Assembly: GCA_951406725.2 (NCBI GenBank)
Contig: OX597834.1
Coordinates: 40,176,001 to 40,240,000, forward strand
DNA length: 64,000 nt
From: Octopus vulgaris
Taxonomy: Eukaryota
Direction: 5' to 3'
Both the position numbers and the translations under genes were made by a program. Under the pieces are notes generated by a model. That model saw only the letters and a list, made by a program, of their open reading frames with translations, made no database searches and was not told where the DNA came from. Shown here in pieces: positions 42,857-56,633 of this stretch; the first letter of the stretch is position 1; every line of letters starts with the position of its first letter.

Positions 42857-43219
42857 CTAGCAGTATAGTCCGGCGTTGCTCGGGTTTGATTCGACCCTTT
42901 AGAATTAGAATTTTTGAAAAGTAAAAATTTTGCATTATGTAGCTTGTTATTCTCTTTAAGTGAACATTTTTCTGGTTGAAATACACCGAAAAATGGCAAC
43001 ACAGCAGTCAAAAAACACCTTTTTGATGTAAATAATTTTTGGTGTTAACATGGGCCGATTTGAATTTTTTCTTCTAAGGAAGGAAGAGCAAGCCTTCTTC
43101 TATCATACTCTCAACTTTGGTCAACTTGCACTGCAAGATCTCGGAGGAGATAGTGTTAGTTGAAGGCTACCAAACCTGCCACACACAGACAACTTCAGCT
43201 TTATAGATATAGAGAGAGA
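42857..43219 (-). mobile_element. Non-autonomous Helitron
   Basis: Minus strand TC...caaacccgagcaacgccggactatactgCTAG, between A and T; 3' end near-identical to that of 38661-39045. Confidence 0.8.
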
Positions 43220-44171
43220 TTTCAAAAGTAAAAGATTTTGTCATAACAACCTTCTTAGAATAATGCAATGACTCATAGGTCAGTGACAGCCATTCTCATT
43301 GATCACTAAGATGCAACATATGTCTGGCAGAGAAATATAATAATGCAGCTCAAAATGTGTACATGCAAAAAAAAAACAAAAAGAAAAACAGAAAAACACC
43401 ATCTTCAATTGCAGACAAATATTTAAAAAAGCACATGTTTCCAGGCCCAGATGTGTAGTCAGCCAAGCAAACAATCTATACCCAATTTAAAATATATACA
43501 CACACTTTTATGATTTCCTAGCCTTAAATATTTAATTATCACTTGAATGGATATCATTTAAAGCAGAATAAATATGCTCCGAGTTATATTATCTGAATAG
43601 ATAACTCTATAAATGGATTATCTTCGTAACAGGAGCAATAAGAAGATAAAGAACGAAAACTGAGGAATAAGACCACAAGAAACAAGACTAATGAAGGAAT
43701 GGTGTGATTTTTGCAACTAATCTCATCATATGTTTGTAAAAATGGTTGATTTGATCATTGTCATCTTCGTTAAAATAATTGCTTGTTATCTTAAAACCCA
43801 CACACCAATGTGTATATGTATGTATATGTGTGAGTGTGTATGAGAGAGGGAAAGAGAGAGAGGGAGGGAGAGAGAGAATGAGCTTGTAAAATGGACCGTG
43901 TAATGACTGTGATTAAATGATGTGGTCGTTATTTTTAACTAAACATTGTCTTAATGAAGGTCAATTGAGGAAGTGGGGTGGGAGAATTAATTACACACAA
44001 AGTCATCTATTTATGTTTGTATAGGTGTGTGTGTGTGTGTGTGTGGAGAGTGAGTGGAAGACAGACAGACAGACAGATGGATAGATGGGTGGATGAAGAG
44101 AGAGATGGATAGATATGCAGTAGAGTAAGAGAAAAGGAGGGAAAAAAGTAAAAGAGAGAAACAGATAAAAA

Positions 44172-44207
<36 letters not shown>

Positions 44208-44209
<2 letters not shown>

Positions 44210-44602
44210 TCTTTTACTTGTTTCAGTCAGTTGACTGCGGCCATGCTTTAATCGCCTTTAATCGAGCAACTCGACCCCGGGACTTATTCTTTTGTAAGCC
44301 CAGTACTTATTCTATCGGTCTCATTTGCTGAACCGCTAAGTGACGGGGACATAAACACACCAGCATCGGTTGTCAAGCAATGCTAGGGAGACAAACACAG
44401 ACACACAAACACACACGCACATATATATATATATATATACATATATACAACGGGCTTCTTTCAGTTTCCGTCTACCAAATCCACTCAAGGCATTGGTCGG
44501 CCCGGAGCTATAGCAGAAGACACTTGCCCAAGATGCCACGCAGTGGGACTGAACCCAGAACCATGTGGTTGGTTAGCAAGCTACTTACCACACACCCACT
44601 CC

Positions 44603-44603
<1 letters not shown>
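44208..44603 (-). mobile_element. SINE family A, full length
   Basis: Same layout; flanked by (TA)n. Confidence 0.88.
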
Positions 44604-44672
<69 letters not shown>

Positions 44673-44767
44673 AAACAAAATGAGGGAAAGGAACAGAGAG
44701 AGAAAAAGAGAGAAAGAAAGAAAGAGGAAGTGCATATAAAGAGTAACCCTTTTTCAGATTGTCTTAC

Positions 44768-44807
44768 CACCGAGAAAAGGGTTTACAATGTTTTGGACAA
44801 GTTTCAT
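44768..44807 (-). CDS. Candidate upstream coding exon (MKLVQNIVNPFLG + phase-1 donor), phase-compatible with the 20497-20624 exon
   Basis: tttctttcctctcttacactctgaag|ATG...GGTG|gtaaga; splice signals only. Confidence 0.2.
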
Positions 44808-45281
44808 CTTCAGAGTGTAAGAGAGGAAAGAAATTAGTTTCTGTTGTCCTAAGTCTTTGAAAGATTGTCCACACTATCATGGAATCAGAATGAAGAATTA
44901 TCCTGTTTTTTGCTTCTTTGTTTGAAATCTCCAAAATTCTTCTTCCAAAAACTCCACAAACTTAAGAGATTTTTTTACCAATAAATACAAATTCTACTAC
45001 CGTTGGCCACACCTGTTATCTCTATACATTGCTTTTAATATGTATGTATAATGATATATAATGATGTATAATGATGTATAGCTGTGAGTATATCTAAGTG
45101 AGCATACTTAGGCACAGAAGTAGCCGTGTGGTAAGTAGCTTGCTTACCAACCACATGGTTCCGGGTTCAGTCCCACTGCGTGGAACCTTGGGCAAGTGTC
45201 TTCTACCATGGCCTTCGGCTGACCAAAGCCTTTTGAGTGGATTTAGTAGACGGAAACTGAAAGAAGCCTGTCGTATATATG

Positions 45282-45315
<34 letters not shown>

Positions 45316-46184
45316 GTGTGTATATGTATGTGTGTGTGTATATGTTTGCGTGTCTGTGTTTGTCTCCCCAACATCACTTGACAACTGTCCCTCATATTAC
45401 TCCACCATCCTTAGTAATAAAAGAGAAAAGGCAAGGTTGGATTATATATATTATCTAATCCTGGACAATACCCAACCTGTTACCGATGGGAGGGTCATGG
45501 TTGGAATGCCTTTCATCAAATGTCTACTCAATCAGAGTTGACCCGGGGCTATATACAGGTTTCCTTCACTGGTTTGTTTATATAGAGTTACGTGAAGAAC
45601 CTCCACCACTAAACAGTTCTTACATCTCTGGAAAACTCCTTAACGAACCATGGCATCAAAATAAGTCGATTAATTAATTAATTAATTAAACATGAAAAGG
45701 AAATGGAAAAAAAATCTTCACAAGTCAATTAGCAAAAAATCAGATTTAACTTTATTTGTTTTTTTTGTGTGTGTGTTTTTCTTTCCTTTTTCTTTGTTTT
45801 TCTTTGACTGTCTTGACATTTTTCAAGAATAGCATTTCTTATTTTCCTTAGGGAAATATTGATCAAAGTCTGAGAAGATGAATATCCAAGGTGTGTCTGT
45901 GGATGGAAATACCATTTCTCTTGAAATAAATGTTAGTAGCCATCAGGCTAATTATGAAAACATATCGTGTATGGATGTGATTTACAGGAGAAAGAGAAAG
46001 AATGAGAAAAAACAAAACAAAAATAAATAAATAAAAGATTCAAAGAAAATATTTAAACAGTTTTCAAAATGAAAAACTTTTTGTCCACACTGCCTTCCAT
46101 AACATGATTATTGAGAAAACAATCATTAATGACACTTCCATCATTAATCAACCATTTTCTCGTTACAATAATAAGAATTCTTTT

Positions 46185-46743
46185 AATTTTTGGTACAAGG
46201 CCAGCAATTTCTGACAGGGGGGGGGGGGAGTTGATTACATCGACCCTGGTACTTGACTGGTGCTAAATTTATCGAACCCCCAAAAGGATGAATGGCAAAA
46301 TCAATATTAACAATAATAATAATGGTTTCAAATTTTGCCTCAAGGGCAGCAAATAGATACCAGCAACTGGTACTTAATCTATCGACCCCGAAAGGATGAA
46401 AGGTGAAGTAGGCCTCGGCGGTATTTGAACTCAGAACATAGCAACGGGCAAAATACCTCTAAGCATTTCATTCAGTGTGCTAACGATTCTGTGAGCTCGC
46501 CGCCGTAATAATAATAATAATAATAATAATAATCTTTTCTACAATAGGCACAAGGCCTGAAATTTGGGTGGGGTGGCAGTTGATTTGATCAACCTTAGTA
46601 TGCAACTGGTACTTAATTTATCAATCCCACAAGGACGAAAGGCAAAGTCGACCTCGGTGGAATTTGAACTCAGAACATAGCGGCAGATGAAATACTGCTA
46701 AGCATTTCACCCAGTGTGGTAATGATTCTGCCACCTCGCCACC

Positions 46744-46795
<52 letters not shown>

Positions 46796-46985
46796 TGATG
46801 ATTTCAAATTTTGGCACAAGGCCAGCAAGCTCAGGGGAGGGGGAACAGTTGATTACATTGACCCCAGTACTCAACTGGTACTTATTTTATTGACCTTGAA
46901 AGGATGAAAGGCGAAGTCAACCTCAGCAGAATTCAAACTCAGAACATGAAGATGAACAAAATGCTGCTAAGAATTCTGCCAGTTT
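46185..46985 (-). mobile_element. Cluster of four SINE-B copies
   Basis: Same family, separated by (AAT)n. Confidence 0.82.
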
Positions 46986-47011
46986 ACCAACAATAATAAT
47001 AATAATAATAA

Positions 47012-47240
47012 CTAGCTGGACCCGTGAAAAATTCATGGAAAATAACATTTAACAAAAACATCTTTAAATGATTATTTCGGATCATATTCACCATCCACTT
47101 CAATTACTGCTTCCCATTTGCTTGGCAGCCGGTCAGACCATCATTTAAAGATGTTTTTGTTAAATATCGTTATTGTTTTTGTTAAATAAAATTTGTTGAA
47201 AAAAGCCGCAATAATTATGCAACAACCCAATAAGAAGATC
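47012..47240 (-). mobile_element. Helitron-like 3' end with internal 26-bp inverted repeat
   Basis: Minus strand ccatgaatttttcacgggtccagCTAG|T; IR arms 47047-47072 and 47140-47165. Confidence 0.45.
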
Positions 47241-47679
47241 TCTTGCCCAAGGTGTCTAGGATTTTGATGGATGCGTGATCAAGAAGCTTGCCTTCCAGCC
47301 ATGTGGTCTTGGGTTCAGTTCCACTGCAGGACACACAAGACAAATGTCTTCTACTATAACCCTAGGCTGACCACAGCCTTGCAAATGGATTTAGAAGAAA
47401 ACTGAAAGAAGCCTATTGTGTGTGTGTGTGTGTATGTGTATTTGTTATATGTATGTGTTTGTCTGTAGCCTTTTCTTGACATCATGTGATGGTGATAAAT
47501 GAGCATCACCGTCATACGAGTGAAGGTGTTTCTTTCCAGTCTTCCATAAAAAACCTGTCTGGCCATGAGGAAGTATTACTTCGCTTGGAGATAGATGAGG
47601 GTTGGCAACGGGAAAAGCGTCTGCTTATAGAAAATATGCCTCAACAATTCCATCATTCTCACTCGTCATTTTTTAAAAT

Positions 47680-48070
47680 TTCCTCAGAGGGATGGGACAC
47701 CATCTTCCTCTTTAATCTTACTTCCTCCGTTAGTGGTACTTGAAGCAGTTAGAGAGGGTTGAACTTGAGTACTTTACTTACTTGTACTTGTGAGACCGTT
47801 CACCCAGGGCGGGTTGAGACGGCTTCTTCTCTGGTCCTAATGGCATCATGAACCATGGCAGCCCACGATCAACGGTTCCTTTGCGAGGTCACTGGAGATA
47901 GCAAGCCATTCGCGGTTCCAGCTGCACAGATCAAATCTTCAATCTTCAGTTGAACTTGAGTAGAACATTTCTGCCCTCAAACTTTTACGTCCACCATAAA
48001 ACATTCTTAGCCACAGCCACCGGGAAGAGAAAAACTACGAACTCTTTGTTGCCCAAAAAATGGTGGTGGG
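47680..48070 (-). mobile_element. Second, diverged Tx1/L1-like fragment, split by the 47772-47948 insertion
   Basis: Minus strand FVVFLFPVAVAKNVLWWT and TLSNCFKYH*RRK match the peptide at 41.5-41.7 kb. Confidence 0.55.
47772..47948 (-). mobile_element. Short 5'-truncated RTE-type LINE of a second family with 14-bp TSD
   Basis: TSD gttgaacttgagta at 47758-47771 and 47949-47962; minus-strand peptide WNREWLAISSDLA..SWAAMVHDAI; tail caagtacaagtaagta. Confidence 0.7.
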
Positions 48071-48149
48071 GGTGGGGGTGGTAGTGGTGGCAGCGGCAAT
48101 GGTGGCAGCAGCCATTCTGTCATCACAAACATTGCTGATAAATGGATCA

Positions 48150-48545
48150 ATTTTCACATAAAATACAAGCTATATAATAATGTGTAATGAGGTGAGTCCT
48201 GCTATGGCTTCCACGCTTCTTTTCACATTTATTTCCCCATCGTATCTAAACCTTCAATTATTATTAATATTATTTTCAACCTTAGGGTCCCATCTTCAAT
48301 ATTTCAATTCTAACAATTTGAATATTTCAAGATCTTATTTCAATATTCCATCGAATATCTTAAATATTTCAATTCCAAGTTCTTTGTATTCTGATAGTTT
48401 TTCCAATTCTTTACAAGCAATAATTTCATCAGAAACGATTGTGAATCTATCACTGTGCATGTCTTTGATTTCCAGTCCTTCGTTATGTGTGAATGGTTTC
48501 TCTTGATCTCTTTGTCAGTTTGGACAAGCCTTAATATCTTATAAT
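48150..48545 (-). mobile_element. Degenerate restriction-like endonuclease domain of an R4/Dong-like non-LTR element
   Basis: Frameshifted VQTDKEIKRNH..DWKSKTCTVID / ..SDEIIACKELEKLSEYKELGIEI fits the RLE pattern TD..I..N.PD..ID...KE.EK..KY..L..EI; abuts (ATT)n. Confidence 0.6.
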
Positions 48546-48592
48546 ACAATAGTTATTATTATTATTGTTATTATTATTATTATTATTATTAT

Positions 48593-49090
48593 TAAGACAG
48601 CAAGCTGGCAGACCCATTAACATGCTGGGCAAAATCCCTAGTGATCGGCTTTGCCTTTCATCCTTTCAGAGTCAGTAAATTAAGTATCTAAGGCGGTGAA
48701 CTGGCAGAACCGTTAGCACGCCGGGCGAAATGCTTAGCAGTATTTCGTCTGCCATTACGTTCTGAGTTCAAATTCCGCCGAGGTAGACTTTGCCTTTCAT
48801 CCTTTCAGGGTCGACAAATTATGTACCAGTTATGCACTGGGGTCAATATAATCAACTTAATCCGTTTGTGTCCTTGTTTGTCCTCTCTGTGTTTAGCCCC
48901 TTGTGGATAGTAAAGAAATAGGTATTTCATCTGCCGTTACATTCCGAGTTCAAATTCCACTGAGGTCAACTTAGTCTTTCACCCTTTTGAGGTCAATAAA
49001 TTAAGTACCAGTGAAACACTGGGGTTGGGGTTGATGTAATCAACTAATCCTCTTCCCCAAAAGTTCAGGCCTTGTGCCTTTAGTAGAAAG

Positions 49091-49132
<42 letters not shown>

Positions 49133-49325
49133 CGTCATGTCAGGCAAAACGCTTAGGGAACATTCATCCAAGTTTATGTTCTGAGTTCAAATTCTGCCAT
49201 GGTTGAGTTTGCCATTCATTCTTTGAGTCAATGAAATAAGTACCAACTGAACACTAAGGGGTCAAGGGATCAACGTGATCAACATCCCCACCAAGATTGC
49301 TGGCCTTGTACCAAAATAAGAAAGA
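48593..49325 (+). mobile_element. Cluster of SINE-B copies; further singles at about 17545-17735(-), 40870-41080(+), 49595-49795(-), 54263-54485(+), 56960-57355(-)
   Basis: Same family. Confidence 0.82.
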
Positions 49326-50011
49326 ACAATGATGATTCTTCTTCTTGTTAACGATAGGCCGGTGGATGAATCCGTCCTGTGCACAATAATACCTGTTTGG
49401 CATAAATCCACAAGCAAGTTACCTAAGGATTGTGTGTGGTGCCAGGCGGTTTTGTCATCTTGTTGCCTATCTTGGACAGGTTCTGTAGCTGGTGGCTCCA
49501 AAGTTTTTATTTTGAAAAGACAAAGCCACCACCAAAACAACATTCACCTCCTGTAACACTGCCAAGCAAAAGAATTTTGGAAATCATCCAAAATACTCAG
49601 CCTGAAAGCCTGGAATTTTGGGGGAGGGGAATAGTGCATAACCACAGTGCATAACTGGTGCCTATTTTATCGATCTCGAAAGGACGAAAGGCAAAGTCCA
49701 CCTCGACAGAATTTGAACTCAGAACATAGCAGCAGATGAAATGCTACCAAGCATTTTGCCCGGAATGGTAACGATTCTGCCAGCTCACCACCTTAATTGT
49801 AACAATAATAATAATAATAATAATAATAATAGATATAAGAAGTACACATACACACACACACACACATATATATATATATTTATATATTAGGTATGCAGAC
49901 ATATACACACATTAGATTGGCTTCTAAACAATACAACTGTCAATGTAGATACAAAGAGACAAGTGCTTTATGTATATTTGCTGAGTAATAACAACTACAA
50001 CAACAATGATG

Positions 50012-50054
<43 letters not shown>

Positions 50055-51531
50055 CAATGATAATAAAAACAAAAAAAAATAATAATAATAATAATGATGA
50101 TAATAATAATAATAAAAACAACAGCAAAACCTAAAAGTCTTCCGAGGAAGAAGAGGAAGAAGTACGAGTGTTAATTTTATATTTTACATTTTCAAGGGTC
50201 ATTGAGGAGATTTCAAGTGGACATCTTAAGAAAATGAACGATAATAATACAATGAAATAGAATATAGCAAATGGAAGAGGAAGGCACGAAGGGGGGCGGG
50301 AGGGGGTGAAGAGGGGGGATGGCCACTATTGCTCCTACAACCACCACCACCACCACTTCCACCACTACTGCTACAACTACCACCACCACATGACGCTGAC
50401 ACTATCGTTACGGCCACCTGTATCACCACTGTTACCACCAACACCGTCGCTTTCGAGACCACCACCTCCACTACCATCATTCCCCCCCCCCCCCGCCAAC
50501 AGAACTGTCACTGCAGCCACCACTAACAACGCCACCACCACTGTGCAACAACAATTCTCATAACAATACACTGAAAGTTAAACAATTTCTATTTTTGCCA
50601 CCTTCAGGTAAAAACATTGTTATCATTATTGAAATACAAAAGAAATCATTATTAATATTATTGTTATTATTAATACTATTGTTATTATTATTCCCATCAT
50701 CATTGTTATTATTATCATTATTATTAATCCACTTAAAACCTATCACATTGTAACAATGCACTCTTTTGCTTATTAATAAACTCATTTCTCATCTGGAGAA
50801 CATCCAGATTCTGTTTTTAATATAAAGCTTTCGCTGTGTGTAAATGTATGTGCCATTTATTCACTCATCTACACACATTCACTCATATATATACACACAC
50901 ATATATATACATACACATATATACATATATATACATACACACACACACATATATATACATACACACACACACACATATATATATATATACACACAAACAC
51001 ATGCATATATATACACATATACACATATATACACACATACATACACACATACATGTATATATACAAACACTCACGCACATACACATATGTATATATGTAT
51101 GTATGTATGTGTGCATTTTCAATCTCTCTATGATGTGTGCCTGTATCTAAATATATATACATAAATGTATATGTGTTCTAACATCCAATTTTTCATGTTT
51201 ACATGGGCCAATCAGAATCCCTTCAAGCAGGCTTTGCATGGCTGGATGCCCTTCCTGGATGCCTCACCTGTTTCCAGACAAGGTAATATAAACACACCAA
51301 CACTGGTTGTCAAACAGTGATGGGGAGACAAACAGACACAAAGACACACACACACACACACATATATACGACAGGATTCTCTCAGTTTCCATCTACCAAA
51401 TTCACTCACAAGGCTTTGGTCGACCCAAGGATATAATAGAAGACATTTGCCCAAGGTGCCATGCAGTGGGACTGAACATGGAACTATGTGGTTAGGAAGC
51501 AGGCTTCTTACCACACAACCAAGCCAGTGCC

Positions 51532-51576
<45 letters not shown>

Positions 51577-51578
<2 letters not shown>

Positions 51579-52464
51579 TATCACCACTAGAATACGAATA
51601 GCCTGGGCAAAGTTCAGAAAGCTCCTACCCCTACTGGCAACAAAAGGCCTCTCCCTCAGAGCAAAAGGTAGATTGTATGATGCATGTGTGCGAACTGCCA
51701 TGCTTCACGGTAATGAAACATGGGCTGTGACTGCAGAAGACATGCGTAGACTTGAAAGAAATGAAGCTAGCATGATCCGCTGGATGTGTAGTGTCAGTGT
51801 GCACGCAAAACAGAGTGTAAGTATCCTGAGAGAAATGCTGGATATAAGCATCAGATGTGGTGTGCAAGAGCGACGCTTGCGATGGTATGGTCATGTGCTG
51901 CGGATGGATGAAGAGAGATGTGTGAAGAAGTGCCACTCCCAAACAGTTGAAGGTATCAGGGGGAGAGGTAGACCCAGGAAGACATGGGATGAGGTGGTCA
52001 AGCATGACCTCAGAGCATTGGGCCTCACTGAGGCAATGGCGAAGGACCGAGATCTCTGGAGATATGCTGTGACTACAAAGACCCGGGCTGCTTTCTGCAG
52101 CAATTCCACATACCCCCTACCCATTCTAAGTACCCCGGATCCCCAAAGTACCCCGGATCCCCAAAGTACCCTGGATCCCCAAAATACCCCGATCCCCAAA
52201 GTACCCCGGACCTCGTTGCCCCCGTGCCGCTGACACGTTAAAATGCTCGAACCGATCGTGACGATGCCGGACCCTCCGGCCCCTGTGCAGGTGGCACGTA
52301 AAAGCACCCAATCCACTCACGGAGTGGTTGGCGTTAGGAAGGGCATCCAGCCGTAGAAACTCTGCCAGATTCAGACTGGAGCCTGGAGCGGCCCCTGGCT
52401 TCCCAGACCCGGTCAAACCGTCCAACCCGTGCTAGCGCGGAAAGCGGACGTTAAACGATGATGA

Positions 52465-52467
<3 letters not shown>
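51577..52467 (+). mobile_element. 5'-truncated RTE-clade LINE: RT C-terminal region, 3' UTR and (GAT)n tail
   Basis: RIRIAWAKFRKLLPLL..LYDACVRTAMLHGNETW..RRLRWYGHVLRM..GRGRPRKTWDEVV..DRDLWR; ends ggacgttaaacgatgatgat; 18-bp tandem repeat at about 52128-52210. Confidence 0.92.
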
Positions 52468-52506
<39 letters not shown>

Positions 52507-53049
52507 ATAGATGTGTATACACTGTATGTCCCAATAGGTGTAAATTCAATATATTTTAATAGGAACAACCAGGTTTTTAAAATGTACATTCTGAGTAACT
52601 TCAGACTATTAATTAATTAATAATTAGTTTAAGAGGTGATTAATTACAGTCAATACCATTTTGATCATAAATAAGTTCTATACATGAAGTGTGCACTGAT
52701 TCCTTTCATCTAAATTACACATTAATATCTGGTTAACTAAAAATTTTTAATTAGAAAAATTTATAGTTTATGATTTTTAGTTTCTCATTTTGAATTAAAT
52801 GAATTGATCTGCCAGAAAGGGATGTGTCTGGGGCCTTGACAAACTCTCAGAGACTAGAAATAGCAACCAAATTCCCTCCAAGTCACTTCTTGCTGTTGCT
52901 GAAAAAACATGGCACACTACACATGAATCTGTTCAGTGAAGGCCAGCCTGGGGTGGAAACATCAATTAAACATATGCTAAGGTTGGGTTTGAACTCATGG
53001 TTTGTAATTTGAATGTAGAGTGTAAAGAGAGAAGAATTACAACATGGAA

Positions 53050-53320
53050 AATTAAGTTAACAGTCAGAAGGAAGTAGTTGATAATGTGGAAATATTTGGT
53101 TTTGATCATGTGGAAAAGAGTGGCTGATAACGTGGAAAAGGGTGGCCAATAATATAGAAATGCATGGTTGATAATGCAGAAATATGTGGTTGATAATGCA
53201 CAAATGCATTGCCGATAATGTGGAAATGTGTGGCTGATTGTATGGAAATATATGGTTGTTGGTGTAGAAATGTATGGCTCATGATTTGGAAATGGGGAAA
53301 TGGTTGGTTGATAATCTAAC
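53050..53320. repeat. Degenerate about 22-bp minisatellite
   Basis: Unit like atgtggaaatatgtggttgata. Confidence 0.65.
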
Positions 53321-53435
53321 TGCAAGGTTAAATAGTTTGGTTCACAAGTATTTGGTTCCAGATTTGATCCCACTGCACAGCAATTTAAGCAAGTGCCTTC
53401 TATAATAGCTTCAGTTTGACAGGTAGCCTTATAAA

Positions 53436-53663
53436 GGCGGCGAGCTGGCAGAATCGTTAGCACACCAGACGAAATGCGTAGCTGTATTTCGTCTGTCGTT
53501 ATGTTCTGAGTTCAAATTCCGCTGAGGTCGACTTTGCCTTTCATCCTTTTGGGGTCGATAAATTTAGTACCAGTTACGCACTGGAGTCGATATAATCGAC
53601 TTAATCGGTTTGTCTGTTCTTGTTTGTCCTCTCTGTGTTTAGCCCCTTGTGGGTAGTAAAGAA
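53436..53663 (+). mobile_element. tRNA-like SINE family B, full length, 17-bp TSD, nested in a SINE-A head
   Basis: TSD acaggtagccttataaa at 53419-53435 and 53664-53680; head ggcggcgagctggcagaatcg, B box gagttcaaattcc. Confidence 0.9.
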
Positions 53664-56407
53664 ACAGGTAGCCTTATAAATGGAATTTGGTAAGCACAAA
53701 ATCTATGGAAGTCCTTCATATATATATATATATATATATTCTATATCTCAATTTAATTTAGGTATTAACCTTGTAGTTTGCTTTAGAAAGGAAATACAAC
53801 AGGTATTGAGTATCAGATAGAATTTTATGAAGAAAATTGGTCATTTTACTGAAGATACATATGAAAATCCATGAATATCTGTAGAGTTTATATAAATATT
53901 AACAAGAAGAATGGAGTGAGTAACACATTTCATTGCATAATAAAGCAATTGTTTCATCAACTCTTTACCAGAAGAATTATTGCTGAAATATATGAAATAA
54001 CATGGATTATAGCATCATCAATGAAAGGCATATATATATATTCTATGAAATAAGGGCTAGTTTGTCAAACTGGTTTATATGAATATCTCAAGAGTCAGTA
54101 TTTTCCACTATTGCTCAAATATACTGATTTGATGGATTATTTCATTTATTACATAATAATATTCCAGCAATAACCTTCTGGTAGAGTGATGAAACAATTG
54201 TAACATTATGCAATAAGAATGTGCTTCTCACTCTATTTTCCTTGTTATTATTTATATATGTGTAAGGTGGGAAGCTGGCAGAATCATTAGCATGCCAGGC
54301 AAAATGCTTAGCAACATTTAGTCTGTCATTACATTCTGAGTTCAAATCTTACCAAGGTCAGCTTCGCCTTTCATCCTTTCGGGGTTGATAAAATAAATAC
54401 CAGTTCAGCAGTGGAGGGGGGGGTCGATGAAATCGATAACTAAGCCACTCCCCTGTACTTGGTGGTCTTGGGCCCAAATTTGAAATGAATATTTGGTTGG
54501 AAGGGCATCCAGCTATAAAAACCCTGCCAAAACAGGGTCTTCTACCTGGCTACCTCCTGTCAACCATCCTACCCATACATGCCTGGAAGATGGATGTTAA
54601 ATGAGGGTGATGATGGTGGTGATTGTGTGTGCATGTATGCGTGTGTGTGGATCATCATCATTTTAACACCCCTTTTATTATCATCATTTTAGCATCATTT
54701 ATTTTATTATCATTTATTTTATTATCATCCTTTTAACACCCCTTTTACAGACTTGCATGGGTCAGACAGTGTTTATTGAGGCAGATTTTTCTACAGCTGG
54801 ATGCTCTTCCTGTCATCAACTTTTACCAGTTTCCAAGCAAGGAAATATTTCCTGATGGCCAGACATGACTTTCACTGAAGACTGGAAACGAACAACACTG
54901 CTTGTATGACAGTGATGCTTGTTTACAACCATCTTTTGATGTCTAATCAAGGGCACAAACAAATACATGCTGTCACACACACACACACTCATACATATGT
55001 AGCTCTTTTATTTGTTTGTCACTGGAGTGTGGCCATGCTGGGGCACTGCCTTGAATGGTTTTTAGTTAAACAAATGAACACCAGTACTCGTTTATCAATT
55101 TAGTTATTCTATCAGTCTCCTTTGCCAGACTAAGTTACAGGGATGTAAACAAACCAATATTGTCAAGCAGTGACAGGAACAAAAACAGGCCCAAAGACAC
55201 ACACATATTTGACAGGCTTCCACACAGTTTCTGCCTATCAAATTCCTGCACAAAACATTGATTATCCTGAAGATACCACAGAAGACATTTTTCCAAGGTG
55301 CCATGCAGTGGAATCGAACTCAAAACCACATGGTTTCAAAGTAAGCTTCTTAACCACACAAATACAAGAAAGGCATAGAAACAGAAAATAAAAATCAGAG
55401 AGAGATAAACAAAGCCAAGGGACAGACAGACAGACAGATGCAGAGAATGTAAGAAATGGCTGGTTTCACTTGAAGAACTAAAATCAACAACACTAAAAAA
55501 CATCCCCACAAAAAATACAAAAAAAAATGCTGTCTTCTGTTTCACCAATTTGTCTTTTTTTCTTTTTTCCAACTGATTAATTTTTCTCGGTTCTTCAGTT
55601 TGGCACCAGCCAACACACTCACTTGAGATGTTAAGCAGAATGCTCAAAGAGATGACAATCCAGGAGACAATCCACCCAGAAACGGAATCTTTCAACAAAG
55701 AAAGAAAACACAAAGAGAGAAAGAGAAAAAGAAAGAAAGAAAGAAAGAAAGAAAGTAAACACAAAGACAGAAAAGAAAGAAAGACAGAAAGAAAAGAGAG
55801 AAAGAAAGAAAGAAGAGAGAAACAGACAAAAAGGAAGAAAGACAGAAAGGAAGAAAGAAAGAAAGAAAGGAGAGCACATACACACAAGAACATACACAAA
55901 TACATACACAGAAGAAAACACACATACACACATTCACACACATACATACACAGAACACACACACATACACACAAGAACATACATTCACACACACACAAAT
56001 ACATACACAGAACACATACATTCATACACACACACACACAAGAACACATGCATTCACACACACACACACACACACAAACATACACACACACACACACACG
56101 GGTGGGCAAGAGATGTTGGCATAGCATAAAGAAAATATTTTTATTCATCTGCTTAGACTTTTTGTTTTGTTTGTTCCTTCCGTGCATCCCTGGTGGTCCC
56201 TTCTCATCAGCCCCCCCCCCCAAATAGTGACGGGTGTTATTGCTTACACAAACAGAAAGGTAACGAAACAGATTGCCAGGAGATTCTGTGATGTTCATGA
56301 ATTTCTCCAGAGTATCACTATCAAAAAATAACTTGACTGTTGCTCCGCCGAGTCAGCTAACAATAAGTTGGACAGCCATGTCGCCTTTTTTGCTATAATA
56401 AACCTGG

Positions 56408-56633
56408 CGAGCTGGCAGAACCGTTAGCACACTGGGCGAAATGCGCAGCCGTATTTCGTCTGTCGTTAAGTTCCGAGTTCAAATTCCTCCGAGGTCGACT
56501 TTGCCTTTCATCCTTTCGGGGTCGATAAATTAAGTACCAGTTACACACTGGGGTCGATGTAATCAACTTAATCCCTTTGTCAGTCCTTGTTTGTCCCCTC
56601 TGTGTTTAGTCCCTTGTGGGTAGTAAAGAAATA
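56408..56633 (+). mobile_element. SINE family B with 14-bp TSD
   Basis: TSD tataataaacctgg at 56394-56407 and 56634-56647. Confidence 0.88.

Noticed and set aside
51673-52233. Functional host gene or autonomous LINE
   Set aside because: Only the RT C-terminal region of a 5'-truncated RTE copy; no endonuclease or RT catalytic core
55336-56298. 320-aa hydrophobic ORF and opposite K/R/E-rich ORF
   Set aside because: Composed mainly of (GAAA)n and (CA)n tracts
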